DNA of 32,000 nucleotides from Geotalea uraniireducens Rf4 (GTDB lineage Bacteria; Desulfobacterota; Desulfuromonadia; Geobacterales; Geobacteraceae): NCBI RefSeq assembly GCF_000016745.1, contig NC_009483.1, positions 1,470,001 to 1,502,000 of the forward strand, read 5' to 3'. Shown piece by piece: positions 8,182 to 13,774 of this stretch (position 1 is its first letter; each line of letters starts with the position of its first letter). The notes under the pieces were generated by a model. It saw only the letters and a program-made list of their open reading frames with translations, ran no database searches and was not told where the DNA came from. The position numbers and the translations under genes were made by a program.

Positions 8182-10115
8182 GATTGCATCCCCTCCCATT
8201 CCCCATAAAGTACGGCGATGCGGGCAGTTAAGGCTGTGTGCTCTTCTCCCGTCCGCCGCGTCGCCTCATGGTCAGCGAAGAATTCTGGCTCGGCCATCCG
8301 CTGTTCCAGCCCGGCCAAGAGTCCTTCCTTGATCTCGATCTCCGCCTCCAGTTCGGCGAGCCGTTTCTGCCGCCCTTTTTCTTCCTTTTGCCTCTGTTTT
8401 TCCTCTTCGCGCTGCCGTTGACGCTCTTCCTTTGGAGCGGTCGGCAGGGAACCGGGATCGGGGACCTGGGATCGGGGATCGGATGGAAGAGAGCGGGGAG
8501 GGGGCGATGCGGTTTCTCCTCCCTTTTTCTGCAGGTAATACTCGTAATCGCCCATGAAGCTTGTGACCTTGCCGTCTCCTACCTCGACCACCCGGGTGGC
8601 GAGGCCGTCGATGAAGTGGCGGTCGTGGGAGACGAAGACCACCGTGCCGGAAAAGGCGCGCAGGGCGGCGAGCAGCACTTCCTTGCTGAACAGGTCCAGG
8701 TGGTTGGTCGGCTCGTCCATGAGGAGCAGGTTGGAAGGGCGGAGCAGCATCTTTGCCAGGGCGAGGCGGTTCCGCTCTCCGCCGGAGAGGACCGACACTT
8801 TTTTCTGGATGTCGTCGCCGGAAAAGAGGAAGGCGCCGAGGATGTCGCGCAACTGCGGCACCATGTCGAAGGGGGCGTCGGAGAGTATTTCATCGTAGAC
8901 GGTCTGCTCGCCGTTCAGCTCCTGTGCCTGGTCCTGGGCGAAGTAGTCGCGGATCACGTTATGGCCGGGAATAAGCTCGCCTGCCTGGAAATCCCCTCCG
9001 GCCAGGATGCGCATCAGGGTCGATTTACCCGCGCCGTTGTGGCCGACCAGGGCGACCCTCTCCCCCTTTTCGATGGCGAGGTCGATGCCGTCGAGCACCA
9101 CGTTGGCGCCGTAAGCTTTCTTTACCCCCTTCAGCTCCACCACCATCCGGCCGCTCTTGGGGGGATCGGGGAAGCTGAAGCGGATCTTTTTCCGTTCCGG
9201 CGGCAGGACGATCCGTTCGATCTTTTCCAGCTGCTTGATGCGGGACTGGACCAGCGCCGCCTTGTCCGCCTTGTAGCGGAAACGGGAGATGAAGTCCTCG
9301 ATCTTCTGCACCTCGTCGTCCTGGCGGCGCTTCGCCTCGCGCAGGGCCGTTACCCGCTCCTCGCGGAGCACCAGGTAACGGCTGTAGTTGCAGTGGTAGT
9401 CGGTCAGGGTGTGGTTCCAGACCTCCACTATCCTGGAGCAGACCTGGTCGAGGAAAAAGCGGTCGTGGGAAACGAGGATGATGGAATAGGGGTAGGACTG
9501 GAGATACCCCTCCAGCCAGTTGCGCGCCTCGATATCCAGGTGGTTGGTCGGTTCGTCCAGGAGGAGCACGTTCGGCTTCTGCAACAGGAGCTTGGCCAGG
9601 GCAATGCGCATCTGCCAGCCGCCGGAGAATTCGCCGCACTCCTTTTGCCATTCCGCCGGAAGAAAACCGAGACCGGTGAGGACGTTCCCCACCTCAGCCT
9701 CCATGGAGTACCCACCCTTGAGGCGGAACTCTTCCTGAAGGTGGCCGAAGCGGTCCAGCAGGTCGTCGTGGCTCGGGTCGTCATGGGGTATGACAGCCAG
9801 TTTCGCGGTCAGTTCGGCCAGTTCCTTTTCAATGGCCTGTAACTCCGCCAGGGCGGTCATCACCTCGGCAAAAAGCGGCATTCCCTTGGTAATGATGCCG
9901 TCCTGGGGCAGGTAGCCGACCGTCCCCCCCCTGGCAAGCTGGATTTCACCGGAGGAGTGTTCCACCTGGCCGGCAATGATCCGCATCAGCGTCGATTTGC
10001 CTGCGCCGTTCTCGCCGACCAGGCCGACCCGCTCACCCTTTTTCAGGTGCCAGGAAATATCGGAAAAGAGCGGTTTACCCGCAAAGTCCTTGGAGAGATG
10101 TTTCAGATGGAGCAT
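8178..10115 (-). CDS. ABC-F family ATPase (Uup/YheS-like, two ABC cassettes plus C-terminal coiled coil)
   Basis: Two Walker A motifs ([18 protein letters not shown]), two signature motifs ([30 protein letters not shown]), no TM segments, and a charged C-terminal tail [32 protein letters not shown]. Confidence 0.9.
   Translation of the reverse strand: MLHLKHLSKDFAGKPLFSDISWHLKKGERVGLVGENGAGKSTLMRIIAGQVEHSSGEIQLARGGTVGYLPQDGIITKGMPLFAEVMTALAELQAIEKELAELTAKLAVIPHDDPSHDDLLDRFGHLQEEFRLKGGYSMEAEVGNVLTGLGFLPAEWQKECGEFSGGWQMRIALAKLLLQKPNVLLLDEPTNHLDIEARNWLEGYLQSYPYSIILVSHDRFFLDQVCSRIVEVWNHTLTDYHCNYSRYLVLREERVTALREAKRRQDDEVQKIEDFISRFRYKADKAALVQSRIKQLEKIERIVLPPERKKIRFSFPDPPKSGRMVVELKGVKKAYGANVVLDGIDLAIEKGERVALVGHNGAGKSTLMRILAGGDFQAGELIPGHNVIRDYFAQDQAQELNGEQTVYDEILSDAPFDMVPQLRDILGAFLFSGDDIQKKVSVLSGGERNRLALAKMLLRPSNLLLMDEPTNHLDLFSKEVLLAALRAFSGTVVFVSHDRHFIDGLATRVVEVGDGKVTSFMGDYEYYLQKKGGETASPPPRSLPSDPRSQVPDPGSLPTAPKEERQRQREEEKQRQKEEKGRQKRLAELEAEIEIKEGLLAGLEQRMAEPEFFADHEATRRTGEEHTALTARIAVLYGEWEGMQS
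8447..8481 (+). repeat. Five-unit GGGATCG-type heptamer array inside the ABC-F coding region (G-rich on the non-coding strand of that gene)
   Basis: GGGAACC GGGATCG GGGACCT GGGATCG GGGATCG, counted directly. It encodes [12 protein letters not shown] in the linker before the coiled coil. Confidence 0.9.
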
Positions 10116-10153
10116 TGTTGTTCCTTCGAGGTTTTGAATCTGTTGCCGCGGGT

Positions 10154-10183
10154 ATTGTAGGTGGAGAGGGAGAGGTTTGTCAA
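10154..10183 (-). promoter_or_regulatory. Candidate sigma70 promoter for the ABC-F gene
   Basis: Minus strand TTGACA (10183-10178), an 18-nt spacer, then TACAAT (10159-10154), about 40 nt upstream of ATG 10115. Confidence 0.45.
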
Positions 10184-10199
10184 ATTGTTGGTTTGGGAT

Positions 10200-10601
10200 T
10201 CAAGCCTTGCGTCGTTCTTCCAAATGTTCCCCAGCCAGAGACGGACCACTATCAGCCAACATACCGTACGTCTCCTCAACAGGATCATTCACCATCCATC
10301 CGGAAGGCGTATGACCTGAGAAACCGGCTTCCTTGCCATGCTTTACCGCAATAATAAAGATGGTGTCACCCTGGATACGATAACGAAGGACATAGCCGGC
10401 GGCGCCAAAAGGGATAACGAGGTCATGACAGTCCGGGAGGTCTTCAGCCGGCTTTCCGATGCGGGGATTCGTTTCGAGTGGAACTACCGCAGCCCTGATA
10501 GCTCTGAATGCCAGTTGGGCGGCTTCCTTGTTGTGGGGACGAATAAACTCTCTGAGTCGTTGCAGGTCATAGATGGCCGCTTCAAGCCACTCTATCCGCA
10601 T
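10200..10601 (-). CDS. Type II toxin, RelE/ParE family, with an unusual C-terminal extension of about 38 aa
   Basis: MRIEWLEAAIYDLQRLREFI...GYVLRYRIQGDTIFIIAVKHGKEAGF is the ParE-family layout. The start overlaps the upstream RHH gene by 10 nt. Confidence 0.8.
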   Translation of the reverse strand: MRIEWLEAAIYDLQRLREFIRPHNKEAAQLAFRAIRAAVVPLETNPRIGKPAEDLPDCHDLVIPFGAAGYVLRYRIQGDTIFIIAVKHGKEAGFSGHTPSGWMVNDPVEETYGMLADSGPSLAGEHLEERRKA

Positions 10602-10876
10602 TTCGGCGCCTCAAGTTCATTTTCTGTTCCCCAGGATTCAAGCCACCGCATGACGACGTCGTGGGGAACGGATTTTCCGGTATGGCAATACTCTTCCCAT
10701 CGATCCAGAGATTCCTGTTTGAATCGTTCCGCAGCCTCTTCCCGATCCAGGTATTGCGAGATCGCCTCTTTTGCCAGCCAATGGGCAGAGCGCTTTTTGG
10801 CTTCACCGAGCTTTTGCAGCCGTTCCCTGTCTTGTTGAGGCAGCTTGATTGCCATGGGTTTCGTGTTTGACTGCAT
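10592..10876 (-). CDS. Ribbon-helix-helix (CopG/ParD-like) antitoxin
   Basis: MQSNTKPMAIKLPQQDRERLQKLGEAKKRSAHWLAKEAISQYLDREE shows the beta-strand plus two-helix RHH pattern. Start set at ATG 10876, with GGAGGTG 5 nt upstream; the ORF-track start is 10957. Confidence 0.75.
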   Translation of the reverse strand: MQSNTKPMAIKLPQQDRERLQKLGEAKKRSAHWLAKEAISQYLDREEAAERFKQESLDRWEEYCHTGKSVPHDVVMRWLESWGTENELEAPKCG

Positions 10877-10890
10877 GAAATCACCTCCGG

Positions 10891-10938
10891 GTATTACTTG
10901 GTAGTAATCAGTATTACCCATCGAGGCTGTATTGTCAA
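10891..10938 (-). promoter_or_regulatory. Candidate promoter plus operator of the RHH/ParE module
   Basis: Minus strand TTGACA (10938-10933), a 17-nt spacer, then AATACT (10915-10910). Three alternating half-sites, GTAAT-N4-ATTAC-N6-GTAAT (plus-strand ATTAC 10893-10897, GTAAT 10904-10908, ATTAC 10913-10917), overlap the -10 and the leader. Confidence 0.4.
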
Positions 10939-11018
10939 TTTCACTCTCAAACTCCACCCTCCGGTGCCAGGACCAGCTGTGTGGTGAGGATGGTGAATGT
11001 CATGTGGGAGGCTTATGC

Positions 11019-11066
11019 TGAGGCGGTTTTTGAGGCGGTCGGTGAGGTGGTGTTGTGGCGGTTTAT
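11019..11066 (+). repeat. Four tandem 12-nt units (TGAGGCGGTNNN)
   Basis: TGAGGCGGTTTT / TGAGGCGGTCGG / TGAGGTGGTGTT / GTGGCGGTTTAT, read directly in the gene-free spacer between yajD and the RHH promoter. Confidence 0.6.
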
Positions 11067-11219
11067 GAAGGCACTTTTTCAAGATTGTCCTGTGTCGAGG
11101 GCAGCCCCCTCATTCATTCCTTCCCGGCGCTGCATGGCGTTATTCAGGTACTTGTTCGGCTCCGGCGGGTTTTCGTGCCATGGGGCACCTCCAGTATCAA
11201 TAGTAATAAAGTGACGGGG

Positions 11220-11558
11220 TCATTTCTTCCGGTTGTCCCCACGCAGATAGTCGGCCAGGATCGACCGGCTGTGTTCGTCGTCGTGACAATAGACGCAGAG
11301 ATTTTCCCAGTTGCTTCCGTCCGGAGGGTTGTAATTATGGTTGCCGTCCTTGTGGTGGACGGTAAGGAGGTGCAGGTTGGCGAGATCGAACTCCCGGCCG
11401 CATTTGGCGCAGATCCAGCCGTGGAGCTTCAAAGAGCGCTCCCGGTAGTTGTCGGGCGCCTTCTGCTCTCCCTTCATCCGGCGGACCATCTCGTCAAGCT
11501 CTTCCTGCGTCTTGACAGGCCCCGGCCGGGGAGCGCGTGGGCGGAATGATGGGGACAT
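11220..11558 (-). CDS. yajD: YajD-family HNH nuclease
   Basis: HGWICAKCGREFDLANLHLLTVHHKDGNHNYNPPDGSNWENLCVYCHDDEHS closely parallels E. coli YajD as I recall it (YPWVCGRC...LTVHHIDHDHTNNPEDGSNWELLCLYCHDHEHS). Confidence 0.85.
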   Translation of the reverse strand: MSPSFRPRAPRPGPVKTQEELDEMVRRMKGEQKAPDNYRERSLKLHGWICAKCGREFDLANLHLLTVHHKDGNHNYNPPDGSNWENLCVYCHDDEHSRSILADYLRGDNRKK

Positions 11559-11584
11559 GGTCGGTTTCTCCCTGCTTTGAAATT

Positions 11585-11899
11585 TCAGAAGCCGGTGAAC
11601 AGAAAATCGAGAGCGGCAATGATTTCCTCACGTCGTTCCTTGAGGGATGTAACCTTATCTCCCAAGGCATGGAGTGAAACGCCCGCCAGTTCAGCCGTAG
11701 ACATGACCACTGCCGAGCGCCTGATCGTGAACCGTGGGTTGAGGTGGATGGCTGGTTTGCCCATGGCGGAAGCTGCCAATAACGGTACCACCACCCGCGT
11801 GGCGAGGTGGTTCAACAGCTCTGACTGTACGTCAAGCAGGTAGGGGACCGACTCTTTTGTCTCCGGGTTCGGATTGTCATAAACGTCAAACTGGGCCAT
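11585..11899 (-). CDS. ccdB: CcdB-family type II toxin
   Basis: MAQFDVYDNPNPETKESVPYLLDVQSELL...VVVPL...LNPRF is the CcdB-family N-terminal pattern. The ATG overlaps the ccdA stop (ATGA at 11899). Confidence 0.8.
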   Translation of the reverse strand: MAQFDVYDNPNPETKESVPYLLDVQSELLNHLATRVVVPLLAASAMGKPAIHLNPRFTIRRSAVVMSTAELAGVSLHALGDKVTSLKERREEIIAALDFLFTGF

Positions 11900-12180
11900 C
11901 AGAAACGCCTCAGTCCATCGCTGAAAACGCCGTCCGCTTCAATGCGCCGGTTATAGACTTCAATGGCTTCGCGATTCTCCTCCAGCCATTGCCGACGCTT
12001 TTCTTCCCGAATCAGCTCGGCAAGGCGCAGTTCCAGCGTTTGCGACAGGTTGATGTGGTGTTCCCTGGCCTTTTGCAGCAGGTCACTGTTTATGGTAAGG
12101 TTGGTCGGTTTTTTCGGCGCATTGGGGTTGAAAAGTTTTGCTTCCACGGCACACTCCTTATGCGTGTTGTGCATGCGCAT
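11899..12180 (-). CDS. ccdA: CcdA-family antitoxin
   Basis: TNLTINSDLLQKAREHHINLSQTLELRLAELIREEKRRQWLEENREAIEVYNRRIEADGVFSDGLRRF matches the CcdA layout (NxS...RxWxxENxxxIxxxNxxIExxGxFxDxxRxF). The start could be 12180 or 12174. Confidence 0.75.
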   Translation of the reverse strand: MRMHNTHKECAVEAKLFNPNAPKKPTNLTINSDLLQKAREHHINLSQTLELRLAELIREEKRRQWLEENREAIEVYNRRIEADGVFSDGLRRF

Positions 12181-12219
12181 ATTTTACCTTTGTTGAGGCT
12201 CCGGTGCAAGCGAAATTAC

Positions 12220-12624
12220 TTACCGTTTCTTGCCGGGACGGCTCTCCTGCCCGGACTTGCCACGGGCCCCGCCGAATTTTCCCCCGGCGCCACCGGCTTT
12301 GCCACCAAAACCGCCGGATTTCCCGCCGGCCCCGCCGAATTTGCCACGGCCGGCGCCGAATTTCCGTGTCTTCTGCTGTTGCGGCCGGGCTTCGCTGACG
12401 GTGATGACCCGGTTCACCAGCAGTGCGCCATCCAGGGTTTCGATCGCATCCTTAGTTTCCTCCGCCGATGACATTCTCACATAGCCGCACTCTTTAAACT
12501 GGCCGGTCTCGGGATCGGTTATCAGGTGGATCGAGGTAACCGTGCCGACCACTGAAAACAGCTTCCTGATATCTTCCTCCGTGGCCTTGGGGGAGATACT
12601 TCCTACATACAACTCTTTAGCCAT
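12220..12624 (-). CDS. RRM-type RNA-binding protein with a Gly/Lys-rich tail
   Basis: RNP-2-like LYVGSI and RNP-1-like CGYVRM within a fold of about 80 aa, then GGKFGGAGGKSGGFGGKAGGAGGKFGGARGKSG. Confidence 0.9.
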   Translation of the reverse strand: MAKELYVGSISPKATEEDIRKLFSVVGTVTSIHLITDPETGQFKECGYVRMSSAEETKDAIETLDGALLVNRVITVSEARPQQQKTRKFGAGRGKFGGAGGKSGGFGGKAGGAGGKFGGARGKSGQESRPGKKR

Positions 12625-12684
12625 GATCTATTCCTCTTTTTTGTTGCTGCCGGTAGACCCGGCACAGGTCACTATCCTCGATAT

Positions 12685-13170
12685 TTATGCCGTTAACTTC
12701 CAGGCGCCTCTATTTTTGACAAATTCCTTAAAATGTTCCTTCAACGTATCGGCAACCGGAGCTTGTCCTTTGATCCGCAGTATCTCCATAACACACTCTG
12801 CCGTGCACAGCCCGTATTCCTTCTGGTTTTTCCGCAGCGAATACTCGGACTTGCCTTTTATCCGAAGGCTGAACCTCTTTGCCCGCTGCAGGTAAGGGCT
12901 TCTATTGTAGATCTTTCTTGCTTCCTGCCATGTCCCATCGATAATGATGTACCGATCGATGTCGTCGATATCCGAAAGGGTCTCATCCTCCGTACCTGGA
13001 TAGAGCAGGGCAATGGAACCGCTTTCGATGTCCTCCACCAGTCGGGCGACAGGATTCGTCCGTTCCCAGAGTATCTGTTCGGCATCGCCACCCAGGACAT
13101 CCACTACCAACCTTCCCGTATTGGTCTTTTTTCCGAATTCTCTTTCATGGGGCAAGAGGGTGAATTTCAT
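12685..13170 (-). CDS. Short DTW-domain protein (TapT/YfiP-like aminocarboxypropyltransferase fold, lacking the N-terminal Cys cluster)
   Basis: LLPHEREFGKKTNTGRL and IIIDGTWQEARKIY (the DTW motif). It is only 161 aa and begins directly at the conserved core. Confidence 0.72.
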   Translation of the reverse strand: MKFTLLPHEREFGKKTNTGRLVVDVLGGDAEQILWERTNPVARLVEDIESGSIALLYPGTEDETLSDIDDIDRYIIIDGTWQEARKIYNRSPYLQRAKRFSLRIKGKSEYSLRKNQKEYGLCTAECVMEILRIKGQAPVADTLKEHFKEFVKNRGAWKLTA

Positions 13171-13403
13171 TTGATCCGTGCGGTCTCCCTTTTATATCGC
13201 AGATACAATCGCTCAACCTTGCTTCTGGCCCAAGGGGTCTTTCGCAGAAATTGCAGGCTGGACTTGATACTCGGGAAATTATGGAAACACCTGATATCGA
13301 TGATTCTTCCCATTGTATCCCAGCCATAATGTTCTACCAACTGGGTAAGAATCATTTCCAGGGTGATGCCGTGAAGATGATCGTTTGGTTTCTTGTCAGT
13401 CAT
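13167..13403 (-). CDS. VF530/DUF2132-family small helical (putative nucleic-acid-binding) protein
   Basis: HGITLEMILTQLVEHYGWDTMGRIIDIRCFHNFPSIKSSLQFLRKTPWARSKVERLYL is the signature I recall for the VF530 family. Its stop overlaps the DTW gene start by 4 nt. Confidence 0.72.
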   Translation of the reverse strand: MTDKKPNDHLHGITLEMILTQLVEHYGWDTMGRIIDIRCFHNFPSIKSSLQFLRKTPWARSKVERLYLRYKRETARIK

Positions 13404-13458
13404 TTTCCGGCCTCTTTAATGGATTTTGGGGCAGAATTTCTAAAAAGAAGCTAAACGA

Positions 13459-13487
13459 AGTTAACTGTTTGTCCCCGTGCATGTCAA
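13459..13487 (-). promoter_or_regulatory. Weak candidate promoter for the VF530-DTW transcript
   Basis: Minus strand TTGACA (13487-13482), a 17-nt spacer, then TTAACT (13464-13459), with a T-rich stretch upstream. The -10 is poor. Confidence 0.25.
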
Positions 13488-13582
13488 TAAAAACCCTGTC
13501 TAAAATCGGTGCCAGGGTGAATTTACAGGCATACGGCGCAGTGAGGATTTATGGGAGCAAAAGCGGTAATTTCAAATTTTTC

Positions 13583-13611
13583 TTATGAACTGCCTGAAAC
13601 TCTGCTATACT
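13583..13611 (+). promoter_or_regulatory. Candidate sigma70 promoter for rne
   Basis: TTATGA (13583-13588), a 17-nt spacer, then TATACT (13606-13611). This would give a leader of about 155 nt. Confidence 0.35.
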
Positions 13612-13774
13612 TACAAGGTTTTATCGTGATGCCCCCTGCTTCTTTCGTGGAGCTTTAGCATATAGGGCCGATGGAACAAGGATTTCGCCGCGCGGGGTGC
13701 GCCCTGCTGCCGGTCAAAAAATACCCGGGGTCGATGGATATATCACGTATCCGTCCCCACAAAAGGATTGAAGA

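Noticed and set aside
8238-9842. 534-aa ORF antisense to the ABC-F gene; similar long antisense ORFs at 6108-7334, 13778-14566, 15184-16158, 22773-24281 and 27775-28620
   Set aside because: These are shadow ORFs, typical of GC-rich coding DNA. They have no recognisable motifs and a skewed composition (R/G/D/H/V-rich). The opposite strand carries unmistakable conserved proteins.
11140-11181. 13-codon ORF (MARKPAGAEQVPE) with a strong GGAGGT SD on the minus strand
   Set aside because: It is too short to support, and no downstream gene sits within attenuator distance. Kept only as a note under the iteron-spacer finding.
10981-11214. 77-aa GTG-start ORF in the yajD-RHH spacer
   Set aside because: No SD. 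The composition is driven by the G/T-rich 12-nt repeats, and no family resemblance was recognised.
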